A stretch of DNA of 63,952 bases, filler included, from Thelocarpon superellum (Eukaryota), in the NCBI GenBank assembly GCA_026025795.1. It is 3 parts of 3 records of this genome, joined end to end, with 100 filler letters (N's around TTAATTAATTAA, not from the genome) between each part and the next. Parts side by side here need not be neighbours in the genome. Positions count along the whole stretch, not along the records: positions 1 to 24,199 come from JAPEUG010000275.1; positions 24,300 to 48,497 come from JAPEUG010000276.1; 1 more part is not named here. One strand, given 5' to 3'. A program made the position numbers and the translations under genes. Positions 23,920 through 34,897 of the stretch are shown piece after piece. Under the pieces are notes generated by a model that saw nothing but the letters and a program-made list of their open reading frames with translations, had not been told where the DNA came from and ran no database searches. Each line of letters starts with the position of its first letter. Position 1 is the stretch's first letter.

Positions 23920-24199
23920 GTCGCGCGAACGCGTCGGACATACGGCAGGAAGAGCCCGGGGTGGGATGGAATGGCGCCACGGGTGGGGCGGAGTGCCACG
24001 CGGAAAGTGGACGACACGCCGCGTGAGTCGGTCGAGGCGAAGCCGATGCGGTAGACGAACTCATTTCACCATTTGAACATGCCGGGCTGCCGCCGAGTCC
24101 GACGCTGTTGCAGATATTAGGACTCGGTCAACTGCGCCGTTGGAAGGAATCGCTCATCGGGCGGAAAGCAAGGACGGGCCACGACGGGCGACCATGGGC

Positions 24200-24299
24200 N
24201 NNNNNNNNNNNNNNNNNNNNNNNNNNNNNNNNNNNNNNNNNNNTTAATTAATTAANNNNNNNNNNNNNNNNNNNNNNNNNNNNNNNNNNNNNNNNNNNN
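24200..24299. other. Artificial scaffold/contig spacer (N44-TTAATTAATTAA-N44)
   Basis: Exactly 100 nt with a central palindrome carrying stops in all six frames. An identical spacer occurs at 48498. Confidence 0.95.
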
Positions 24300-24344
24300 T
24301 GCCCGCTCATCTCCCTCATCGCACGCATCGCGCACCCTCCCCCG

Positions 24345-27300
24345 CTACTTGAACAGACTCCTCAGCTCCTCCAACCGCCGCTTCGTCGCCTCATGCTTAT
24401 CGAGCTTGACGCGATTCATGCTGAGATCCGCCAGGTTCTGCTTCTTGCGCTGCAGCTCCAGCATCTTCTCCTCGAAACTGCCTTCCATGATGAACCGCGT
24501 CGCCGTCACCTCGCGCGTCTGGCCGAGTCGATGCACGCGGTCGATGGCCTGTGCTTCCGCCGCCGGATTGAACTGCGGTTCCATCACGTACACCCGAGAT
24601 CCGGCGGTGAGGTTGAGCCCGAGTCCGCCGGCCGTGATGGACACCAGGATCACCGTCACCGTGGCACTGTCGCGGAAGAGCTCGAGCGCTTGCCCGCGCT
24701 GGACCCGTGACATCTTGCCGTCGAGTCGCGTGTAGGGAATCTGCTGCTCGTCCAGCGCGAGCTGGATCAGGTCGAGGTGCGACGTCCACCCCGAAAACAC
24801 CACGCTATCAACGTCAGCATCGCTCCGGTCGAGAGATGGGAGTCCTGCGACGGGAGTCTTCTGCCCACCTCTTGATCGGTCGTTCCTCGGCATGGGCCTC
24901 GCTCCACTGGCGCGAGGCCAGGAGTGATTCGAGCAGCGCACGCGTCTTCGTGTGCGGCCCCTCGTATCGCCCTAGCTGCTTGGCCAGCTTGGGGTTGTCC
25001 CGCGCCGCGGTCCGCGCCTCGTCGTCGTCGTCGATCTTGTGCTGGCGCAGCCCAAAGTACGACATCTTGATGAAGCTCCCACAGAGCGGGCAGTTGCCGT
25101 GGCTCGCGTCCACGGCGTTCTGTTGCATCGCCTCCCGAAAGGCCGCGATGCAGTCCTTGCACAGGAGCTGGTAGCAGGGCGTCATGTACCCCACCACGTC
25201 GTCCTTGCCAGGCCCACCCTCCTCCACGCTCGCATCTTTTGCCCCGATGCGCCGGTCACATTGGTTGCACGCGTCGGCGTTGGTCTCGCGCATCAGACTG
25301 AACGTGTCGTAGGCTTGCTTCGCCGTCAAGCCCGGCGCTTCGTCATCGTCATCCAGCTCGATGGCGTGCGAGCGGCTGATGCCTTCCAGCACCTTCAGAT
25401 CCTCCTCCCCGAGTAGCGCCTTGCCGTGCGCGCAGATCAGCCGCAGGCGGAGGATGGCACGGAGGATGTGCACGTAGGCTTTGCCCCCAAGGCTCTGCTG
25501 CTTCTCGCCGGCCACGATCCGCATCTTCCGATCCGAGTCCTTCGCAAAATGATCGTAGAGCGCCTGCTCCTCCGCCGTGAAACGCAGCCGCACGATGTGA
25601 TCGTGCCGCGGCGGCAGATCGATCCGGTCCTTCAGACGCCGCAGCGTGATGCTGTCCACCAGCAGCCGCAGCTTGGGGAGGATCTCCGGGTCGGCGTTCT
25701 TGAAGGGGCTGAGGATGAACTGTACGAACCCGCCCTTCTCGTCAAAGGGCTTGATCCGGAGGAACTTGATCAGCGCTCCGAGGTCATCCAACCGATTCTG
25801 CACCGGCGTCCCCGTCACCGCCCACCGACGCTGCGCCGAGAGGCTGCAGATGGCCTTGGACTGCCGCGTCGACTGCTCGCGGATCATATGCCCCTCGTCC
25901 AGCACGATGCGGAACCAGTTGGTCTGCTCCAGCGGACTCACCGCCCCGCCTTGCTTCATCTTCTTGCTGCGCCGGTCAAACTCGCTCGACACCACGCTGT
26001 ACGTGGTGATGACGAGATCGTAGCTCGCCAGCTTGCCCAGGTCGTTGCATCGGTTGCTGCCGTGGTAGATGTAATACGACAGCGTCCCCGGCTGCACGTG
26101 CGTCTTGATCTGCTCTTCCCAGTTGGCGATCGTACTCAGCGGGGACACCAGCAGCGTCGTCTTGGCGTTGTGCAGCAACGGCATCTCCGCCGGCACGTTC
26201 GACAACGGCGGCGTCTGGCCGGCCCAGACCGTCGCCTCGTCCAGCGTCGACACCACCAGGGATAGGATGCTGAGCGTCTTCCCGAGCCCCATCATGTCCG
26301 CCAGGATGCCGCCTAGCACTTCCGGTGGCTGCACCCGCTCTTCCTTGCCCGTGATGACATTGTAGTACATCCTCTGCCCGTTGTTCCGCAGACGGAGACG
26401 CCACAGCGAGCCGTGGTCTTGCGCCTGCTCGCTGAAGACGCGCGCCTTCTCCTTGGTCGTCAGGAAGTGGAGCGCCTGCTTTTGGTGGCCGAGCAGCGGC
26501 GTCAAGATGCGAGGATCCGGCTCCATCTCCGGGAGATTATCGGAATTTTGCAGCGAATCAAACATCCCCACGACGTCGTTGCGAATCTCTTCCACCGTTC
26601 GCGTCACATATCCGCCGCCCACGCTCCCGCCGCCCGGGCCCGATGGTATCGTCCGCGGCGGCGGCGCGGCCTGCGGATTGACCGTTTCAATCCCCGCATC
26701 GACGCCCAGCGGCGTGCGGAGCCAGATTTGCTTCTGGCTGAGAAATCGACCCACCCCCACCGCGTGTCGCTTCTGGCCGTAGAGGTTGATCGACAGATCG
26801 TAGTAGCGAGACACCGCGCTCCCCGGCACCTCATCCGCCAGTCGTCGGCGCGAGGGGATGCGTGCTTGAACCCGGATCCCCGGCTCTTGAGCATCCATCA
26901 GGGGCGCAAGTCCAATCGCCGTCACGCTGTGGACCGTGCCAAAATCGTTGCCCAGTGCGTCGCTGACGCTGATGATATGCGTACCCTTCCCTCTCCGTCT
27001 CACATCCACCTTGATCACCGGCCAAAAATCGGGATCGAGCGTTCGCGCCGTCGGCTTGGGTGCCGGGACTTGATGCGCCTGCACGCGCGCGCCCTCGAGC
27101 CGGCCGAAACAGACCTCTTTATGCGCAGAGTCGCTCACGACCACGACGTCATCTTCGTCACCGACTGAAACCAGCATGAGTCTTGCCGCCTTGACGCGAG
27201 ATGGGGACCCGGCTTACCATTGGTGAGATCGACCACCGACCCAGACTTGGCCGCTTCTGCTCGCCCGGCTTCCTTCTGCTCTCGCATGTATTCACCAATC

Positions 27301-27890
27301 ACCCCGCCCTTGCCGCCTCCCGCGAATGTCGGCTTGCGTTGCGCCTCGTCCACGGGGCCGGCCGCGTCCACTTTCTGACGCTTCAGCGGCCGATTTTCAC
27401 GTTGTGCCACGCCGTGAACACGCTCGATGAGAGTTCCCATGTCAGGTAACTTCGGGCTCTCGATCTTCGTCGTCAAGCTGTTGGTCGTGGGCGTAGCGGG
27501 GGTCTCAGGTGAGAGGCCTGCACCGGAGAACGAGTACAACGACCGTCCGTTGGTTGCACTGAGCTGTGGCTTGGAGTAGCCTCGGGGATCTAAGAGTGCG
27601 TGAGGACTGAAGGCCGGGTGATTCGAGGACGGAGTTCCATTTGTCGGAGGGGTTGGCCGTGAGGGTCGCTGACCTTGAAAGGGGCTCGAGTAAGCATAGC
27701 GATGCAAGGGAGAATCTGACATGCGGTGTCCCAACGAGGGTGGCGCAGAGAAGGCTCTCGTGGCCGGAAAGGAAGAGGAAAGCGAAGAATGAGAAGAGGA
27801 AGTACCGTTTGCCATCTGAGCGGCCTTGGGATTCAGCAGAACATGGGCAGTATTATGGCTACCAGTGAAGCCGGAGCTTGAAGAAGCCAT
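24345..27890 (-). CDS. SNF2-family helicase/ATPase with HIRAN-like and RING-like domains (Rad5/HLTF-like)
   Basis: GGILADMMGLGKT, WFRIVLDEGH, WAVTGTPVQN, a RING-like Cys cluster, GGLGLNL and QAIDRVHRLGQ. Introns at 27217-27165 and 24868-24805. Confidence 0.92.
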
Positions 27891-28712
27891 GGCGGGGTGA
27901 AAGAAAGTAGACGACAGAGATTCCTTGTCTCCGGGACGTCTTCAGTCGCCCTGAATGCTATGCCCCAGAAGGAATCGGGAAGGAACCCGAGTGGCGAGAG
28001 ATGAGGTCAAGGAGAGATCTCCGGTCGAAGAGAAGTGGCAGACCTCATCTCGTACTCGGGCATCCCGACGGCAAACTACTCGAGGGTCATGGTGAATAAG
28101 GAAAGCGTGGATAAGCACGACCGGATCAAGTCGTCGGCCTCAAGCATTGTTCGAGACGACCTGTGACTTCCCTCGAGATGGGCCATTGGATGTTATGTAA
28201 TGCAGATAGCCTACCTGCAGATCTAATCGGCCCATCTTATCATATTGTCATGTGAAGCACTCCCGAGGGCCGGGGGCAACCCAGTTTGCAGCCGGGCTTA
28301 GTAATCGGATCCTGACCGACGCCCAGGCCTTCCGGTCGACGCCAGACCTATGCCATGTATGAGTTCCGGAGCCACTCACTGGCCGTGCATCTCATTCCAG
28401 ACTGAGATGGGTTCCTGAAGTTGTGTTTCGGGGCAGCATTGGCATACCTGTAGCCACGTCAACTGTCAGGTCTACTGCAAATGGAATGGAATGCATCTTC
28501 CGTCGCGCTGGCACCGGCCTGCAGACTTGAGCGAGCTCTGGCCATCGGATGAGAATTATTAGGTCACAACTCCATATGCCAGGTGAGATGAGCTCGACCA
28601 CGCCGACGCTCGAGACCGACACCTCCATGTAGCTCAGCTCGTACTTCCTCGTGCTTCCTCGTACTTCCATGGCGTGCTCCCATACCTGCCATGAATCTGT
28701 GGAGACCGACCA

Positions 28713-29513
28713 ATGAAGAGGACACCGACCCTTCTGCACCCTCGACGCTGGCCGTCCCTTCCATCTCGACCGCTGGTCGTTCCTGGCTCTGGGGCCCGGC
28801 CCTCCCCTATAAACCCCGAGCCGTGCTCGCCGAATCCCGCCACATCCACACTTCCATCCAACACAACCGCGCAACACCATCATGACCTACGGAGCTTCCT
28901 GGCTTACGCGGCTCGGGTCGATCTCCCACCAGCCTCGACGTTGTACACCGGCACGCACTACGAGTACACCACACAACGATCGCTTGCACGCTACGGACTA
29001 GAGCTGCGGCGAATCGGCGGCCGGTCGGACGGCGGGATCGACCTCCTCGGTCACTGGACGCTGCCGAGTGATGTGCCGCCGTCGACCGCATCCACTCCCG
29101 CACCCGCCCCGCCGCTGAAGATCCTGGTGCAATGCAAAGCCATCAAGCGGCCAGCAGGCCCGCAGATCATCCGTGAACTCGAGGGCGCGTTCGCCGGGGC
29201 GCCCGTGGGGTGGCGGGTGGCGGGAGGGGTCCTGGGGGCCATGGTGGTGCCGACGGGTGCGACCAAGGGCGTGCGAGAGGCCATGGGTCGAAGCAGCTTG
29301 CCCTTGGCCTTCTTCATGGTGGGAAAGGAGGATGGCAGAGTGGAGCAGTGTCTGTGGAACCAGGCGGCCGTCGCCCTGGGATTGGAGGGCCTCGGTGTGA
29401 CGCGGCGGTATCGTGAGCAGGGGGGTGGGATGGATGGCTCGTCGAAAGAGGCCGGATTGCACACTGACCTGGCGTTGACGTGGAGGGGTACCGTTGTGCC
29501 ACCGGTGGGCTGA
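28713..29513 (+). CDS. RRG7: Required for respiratory growth protein 7 (DUF2034, PD-(D/E)xK/Mrr-like fold), probably mitochondrial
   Basis: STLYTGTHYEY, RRIGGRSDGGIDLLGHW, LVQCKA, IRELEGAFAGAPVGW, ATKGVREAMGRS, QCLWN; basic N-terminus. Confidence 0.85.
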   Translation: MKRTPTLLHPRRWPSLPSRPLVVPGSGARPSPINPEPCSPNPATSTLPSNTTAQHHHDLRSFLAYAARVDLPPASTLYTGTHYEYTTQRSLARYGLELRRIGGRSDGGIDLLGHWTLPSDVPPSTASTPAPAPPLKILVQCKAIKRPAGPQIIRELEGAFAGAPVGWRVAGGVLGAMVVPTGATKGVREAMGRSSLPLAFFMVGKEDGRVEQCLWNQAAVALGLEGLGVTRRYREQGGGMDGSSKEAGLHTDLALTWRGTVVPPVG

Positions 29514-29702
29514 GGCCCGCGTGCTCGGCATCGTACATGCTAATTTCTATGAATCGATGTCTCGATCATGTGAAGAATATCTCTCCCCCCTAGACCCATC
29601 CGATCTATGCTCGTGACCCATGCCCGCTAAAGATACATCGAACATGCAAGTCCTACATCGGTCTGCTTGACGGGAAATGATGCGAGGTGGTGCTGACTCG
29701 AC

Positions 29703-32069
29703 CTAGCACCACGTGAAGACGGGGTTCTTGCTCTTGACCGTTTCCAGCCGTTCCACGATGACCTTGCGCTGGTTCTTCTCCATGCCCTCGGCCGCGGCGT
29801 AGCCAAGGTCGCCCTCGAGCTCGTCGCCTTCGTAGGGGGTAAGGTTCGGGCGCGCGCTAAAGGAGCTCCCGCGCGCCCGGCCCGCCGTGCTGTGCGATCC
29901 CGTCGGCCGATAGCCACCTTCGAGACTGAGACGACCTTGGTGACGGGGCCCTGCGGATCGCGTGGGATCGGTGGGGACAAGCCGTGAGGAGCGCTCCGTG
30001 GGTGCCGTATGCGGCGCGCCAAGATCGCCATTGCTCCTTTCGGGCGGGGACGAGGCGTGCTCTGGGGGTCGGGCGGCGCCGGTCCCCGTACTGCGGGAGA
30101 CGTTGAAGCGATTGGGTTGTGCGCCATCGCCCATCACCGAGCCGAGGCCCAGCAAGTCATGCTGCGGCGCGGGCGCCGAGGCGTTGGCCGCGCTGATGTC
30201 CATCTCTTCGTCGATGCTGTGGCGAAGCTCTCCGCCACGCCGGCGCCTCATCTCCGCCGACGGCACGCGCAGCGGCACGGCGACCGGGATGTCGACGAGG
30301 TCGTCCCACACGCAGACGCGCGCCCGCCGTGTGAGCTCGAGCGGCCCATGGTCGGGCGTCTTGAGCGTCTCAACCACGTTCCACGCCTGACCCTTCATCA
30401 CGGCGATCTGCCGAGCAAACATTTTCTCCTTAAAGTCCGAATCCTGGCCGAAGACGCGACGGAGCGCCATCTGCGTCTCGCTCCACCATTTGTTCGAGGT
30501 CAGGAGCGGGAGAAAGTGGTCGCGCGTCCGCTGCGAGAATGGCTGACCAATCAGGGAGACGGGCAGGAAGAGCCAGCCAAAGGGGAAGCTCCGCCAGGCG
30601 TCCGGATGCTTCCAGGGCCACGACAAGCTGTTGTCAATGGCTCCAATGGCAATCGATGGGCCGCCTGCGCCATCGCCTGCACTGCCGAGCCCTATCGTGG
30701 CCTCCATGGGCGCTTGTGCGCGGTAAGGGCTCGGCTGCGCCAGATTGGAGAGACCAATGTTTTCGCCATTGCTGTAGACTGGCCGTGGCGACGGCGTCGA
30801 GGCCTCGGTGCCATTCATCTTCGGCGGCTCCGAGGCGATGGAGACTTCTTGTTGCTGCCAATCCACCTTGATCATCCAATTGTCGAGCCCACGATCCGTG
30901 TTCCGCATAATGTAATCCAACACAACCAGCTTCTCCAGCGCCTCGCGGAATGACTCTTGGAGCGCGTCGGTCCAGAAAAACCGGCGCGACTCGGCTTCTA
31001 CCTCCGTCGCCCCAGGCGACACGTCACTCTCCTCCTCGTCATCCGATGCCGCGCCGCGCGGCCGACAGGTCTCGCCCCACGTTCGCCGCTTCTTCGACGG
31101 GGTAGCGTCGGCGCGAAACCCGGCGTGAGGTTGGTCGGGCCATGGGTGTTCTCGCAAGAAGATGTTGGCGTCCTTGAAGCCCTTGAGGAAGACCTGGAAA
31201 CTGCCGACCTTGGGCGGCAGGGCCTTGTGCTTCCGATAGAAGTTTCGCCGGTCCCAGTAGTCATAGAAGAAGGACTTGGACGAGAGATGGACGATGTCGG
31301 TGTACGGCACGAGATTGGTGCGTAGTCGACTGTCGAGGACGTAGGCTGCCGCCTCCGACACGTAGCTCAAGTTGGGGATGAGACACGCCCGGCCGAAGAA
31401 GCAGGGGAAGAGGTTGCGATGGATCCACTTGGTCCACTTGGGGTTGCGAGAGGCATACGGCTCCTCGTCTTTGGGCTTGAAGACGCCGACGATGGTGCCC
31501 TCGGAATTGCGGGCGAAATAGCTGCCGGAGCTGCCCTGGGAGATCATGCTGGGATGCACGCCCATCTCGATGGCGACCCGCACGCTCTCGACGATCTCGT
31601 CGAAGGTGTGTTTGGTGATGCGGCCATCGGCATCGGTCGTCTCGGGCGGCGGGGGGGGCAGGCCGTCCGGGGCCTGGAAGACGGAGTGATGGATCTCCAA
31701 GCGCTCCTCCTCGTCCGTCTTGCCCTTCACGCGCCCGATCTTGAACTTGGACGCAATCTCTTCCGCCCATCGCTCCAGACGGGCGTTGATGGCTTTGATA
31801 TCAACGCCGGACGAATTGCTCCGCTGTCGTCGACGGCCGTGGAGTGGCCGCACGGGATCGGGTGGCGAAGCCAGACCCGAGGCGCGCATGGAGGAGGACG
31901 GCGGCGGCTGGATGGGCAGATAATGAGGGGTCGAGGCGGCATGGGACAAGGTGCGTGGTCGGTGATAGGGATCCTCCTCGTCCGACTCGTCGTGATAGCC
32001 GCGGCCGCTGGCTTCTTCATCCTGGGCGATGCGAGCGTAGCCCGAGGTGGGCGGCCGGGACTTGGGCAT
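29703..32069 (-). CDS. LSB6: Type II phosphatidylinositol 4-kinase
   Basis: ISQGSSGSYF, VFKPKDEEPY, FPCFFGRACL, LDYIMRNTDRGLDNW, AIDNSL, C-terminal PVFTWC. Intronless, 788 aa. Confidence 0.95.
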   Translation of the reverse strand: MPKSRPPTSGYARIAQDEEASGRGYHDESDEEDPYHRPRTLSHAASTPHYLPIQPPPSSSMRASGLASPPDPVRPLHGRRRQRSNSSGVDIKAINARLERWAEEIASKFKIGRVKGKTDEEERLEIHHSVFQAPDGLPPPPPETTDADGRITKHTFDEIVESVRVAIEMGVHPSMISQGSSGSYFARNSEGTIVGVFKPKDEEPYASRNPKWTKWIHRNLFPCFFGRACLIPNLSYVSEAAAYVLDSRLRTNLVPYTDIVHLSSKSFFYDYWDRRNFYRKHKALPPKVGSFQVFLKGFKDANIFLREHPWPDQPHAGFRADATPSKKRRTWGETCRPRGAASDDEEESDVSPGATEVEAESRRFFWTDALQESFREALEKLVVLDYIMRNTDRGLDNWMIKVDWQQQEVSIASEPPKMNGTEASTPSPRPVYSNGENIGLSNLAQPSPYRAQAPMEATIGLGSAGDGAGGPSIAIGAIDNSLSWPWKHPDAWRSFPFGWLFLPVSLIGQPFSQRTRDHFLPLLTSNKWWSETQMALRRVFGQDSDFKEKMFARQIAVMKGQAWNVVETLKTPDHGPLELTRRARVCVWDDLVDIPVAVPLRVPSAEMRRRRGGELRHSIDEEMDISAANASAPAPQHDLLGLGSVMGDGAQPNRFNVSRSTGTGAARPPEHASSPPERSNGDLGAPHTAPTERSSRLVPTDPTRSAGPRHQGRLSLEGGYRPTGSHSTAGRARGSSFSARPNLTPYEGDELEGDLGYAAAEGMEKNQRKVIVERLETVKSKNPVFTWC

Positions 32070-33545
32070 GGTGCTACTCTGGGACCCGTGTTATCATCCT
32101 CGTTGCCGGGACAGAAAGTAGTCAGAGAGCAATCGGACGTCGTCGGCGATCGCACGGGACCGAGATGCTGACGGTCGTGCGGGTCCGTGCTAACACCAAC
32201 CGTTGGACCGATGACGGGGGCCACTCCATGAATTCGCGTCTTGACACAAATCCGGTACTCGCGGAGCTGCCAGCTGCAAAAGGGAAGGGTACGAAGTACG
32301 GCGGGCAGCTTCGGTGGTTGCTCTCCGCTGCCGTAGCAAACACACGGCGGGGTCACGTGCATTGTGCCTCTCACGCGCTCCCTGTTGCAACGCTCGCGCG
32401 GTCAGGCAGGGAGGCCAGCAGCGATAGGCCCATTGATTGACTGTAGGGTCGCAGTCCCGGGGCCTGCGCCGGTCCGCTACTGTGCTGGGTCACGTGTCGG
32501 GGCCGCGCAGCTATTCCTATGACTCCCCTTCTGTTCCTGTTCCTGTCAGTCGGGCGGTTTGGAACAGTACGAGTACGATACTCGTCCTCCTCTTACTTGT
32601 GTTGCGCGCTCTATTTTGGCCTGGTGCCGCGTGCCTCGCCTTGTCGGCCGCGACCAGACTCTCACGCGTGGCTCATCTCATGGCAGAGGATCATTACTCG
32701 TGGCCGCGACGTCCATGCGTCCATATGTCCTGATGTCCATGCGCCCCTGCGGCCTGGTTTGGTCGCCGGGATCCAGGTTTTCCTCCCATCCGCGATACGG
32801 CGACGAGCTACTGGGTCGGGCAGTCAGGGCGCTACAAGACCTTCATGTGCTTCTAGCGCATCCCTCTATCACTCGCGAAATTCCGTCGGCCATCGGGCCC
32901 TCGCCGCTTGCGAAATCGCGGTTTCGCTTCCTCTCCCTTTTCAGCCTTATGTGGTGGTACAGGCGGGCCCCCAAATACTCGCGCGCCGTTGACTTCATTA
33001 AACTACCTGCAGGCCCGCCTTGGTGCCGCCACTAATGGATGGGTAGTGCATCGAGGCAGCAGCCAGCGGTGGGATACTTTAGGCTTGGGTGGCTTGGGTG
33101 GCCCGGTGGCGGCCGGACTTACCTAAGGGTACCGCACTGTAGTTCTCGCTCTTGGGTGGATGGGCACCTACCAGGCGATGTCATACCCTGTCACGTAATC
33201 GCATCCTGGTATAGCGCGGGCGATCAGCGGTCGAGAGGCGCGTAGCCCCCTCCCGCGGACCGCAGGCAAACAACGACGCCTATCTGACCCATGAAGTAAT
33301 GTTACTCGTAGAGGGCCGCACGGCGGGCAGGCCCGACGCCAACACGGTGGAGTTCCTGCTCCCAGTCCTTGCATTGGTCCTCGGACGAGGACTTTCGACC
33401 AGGCCTCGCCGTACTTTTCGACCCGTACCCACCCACTGCGACTCGCGTTAGGCACGCATCGGTGCTTGCGATACGGACATTCTCCGTTTGGCACCATCAT
33501 GGGTGCTGGAGCACGAATCAGCGCAAACGGGCAGGTGTGTATCGC

Positions 33546-33626
33546 CATTGACCTCATTGATCTCATTGGCCTCATTGGCCTCATTGGCCTCATTGGCCTC
33601 ATTGGCCTCATTGGCCTCATTGGCCT
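33546..33626. repeat. 9-bp minisatellite (CATTGGCCT)7 plus 2 degenerate copies, forming tandem CCAAT boxes on the minus strand
   Basis: Seven perfect units at 33564-33626 are preceded by CATTGACCT and CATTGATCT. Confidence 0.95.
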
Positions 33627-34129
33627 TACTCTCCAGGGAGCCAGGGGAAGGCGTGCGATAGGATGCACCAGGCGATAGGACCATTTTCATTACCGATTAG
33701 ATTAGCAGATAGAGGCCGAGCTGCGTCGAGCATTTCGCTCGGCAGGTTTGGCTGCTGAAGCGAATCCTCCCCCAACGGTGGAACCAGAATCTTCAGGCAG
33801 TTGGGCGCTCCCTCGTCTCGCTACACCCCTTACTCCAATGCTGCACGTCGTACGACCGTGACGCCGACCGAGCATGGCGGCCGGGGAGCGTAATGAGCGG
33901 GGAGGTGGAAGGAGGCGGGCTCGATGATGTCCGGGTCTTGGCCGGTCGGCATGATCCGTCGGCCATAACATTCGTCGCCGTGGCCGTGGTCATGGCCGTG
34001 GCCTGTGTACCCAAATTTTACTAACGCCCGCTGGACGCTGCCAGGGCATCGCTGATTTTGCGCGATAATTTGCGCCGCGTGGACGGGCGTGGCCCGCATA
34101 GCGTTCCCCGTCTCCCGGCGTCAGGGTAG

Positions 34130-34169
34130 GAGGACGACTAAGAGGACGAGTAAGAGGACGAGTAAGAGG
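34130..34169. repeat. 12-bp tandem repeat GAGGACGA(C/G)TAA x3
   Basis: Read directly from the sequence. Confidence 0.85.
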
Positions 34170-34687
34170 GCGCGGACGGGGCAGGTCGAGAGGGGATGGT
34201 GGTACCAGTCCGTACCGGTACTCGTCCTCGGCCTGGGCGAGTAGCGAACAGCGACTGGCCCGGCTGCCAGCGTATCTGGGCCGACGCACGCACGCAACAG
34301 CGAGAGGGACGAATAGGATCGCCCGGCCTTGGCCGTCGGCTCATTGGGGGGTGGGCAGGTAGATGGGCAGAGAGGCAGGATAGGCCGCGGCTGCTCGTAC
34401 AGGTACGAGTACTCGCACCATAGGCCCCGTAACCAGGCGTGCGCCAGCAACACCGACCAGCACTATCGACGGGCGACCTGGTTGAAGCAGCGCTTCATTC
34501 TCTTTTCTTATCGCGCCCCAACTTTCTGGACCTATCCCTCTCGTTGCCTTCACCCAAGTCACTCCTTGAGATCTTGTTGTCATCGTACCCTTCCAGTCCC
34601 TACCCCCTCAGCTTCCCACCACCCGTCGCCGTCGCCGTCGCTGTCGCCGTCCCTTTCTTCTCATCCCTTCAAGCAGCACGAGGGACG

Positions 34688-34897
34688 ATGCGTTGAATGC
34701 GTTCACTTGCTCCTCTCCCGTCGCCCGTGAACCCTCGCGCCCGCCGGTGCTCGACGGCCACCCTCCCACCGCCACACGACGACTCCACTCCCTCGAGGCC
34801 TCCCTCGATCATCGGGCGACTTACCCACGTCGCCTCTCTAATACTTAATCACGGCTTCGACGCTGGCTCCATTGATCTACCGGGCGCCGCCGAGTGA
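34688..34897 (+). promoter_or_regulatory. Tandem uORFs in the putative areB leader: uORF1 ATG-CGT-TGA (34688-34696) and uORF2 (34697-34897) overlapping the main ORF out of frame
   Basis: Sequence ATGCGTTGA ATGCGTTCA lies downstream of a pyrimidine-rich tract. The TSS is unknown. Confidence 0.45.

Noticed and set aside
33546..33626. Repeat array as CRISPR, or as coding sequence (PMRPMR / ANEANE / LIGLIG ORFs)
   Set aside because: The units are 9 bp with no spacers in a eukaryotic genome, and the ORFs are by-products of the repeat.
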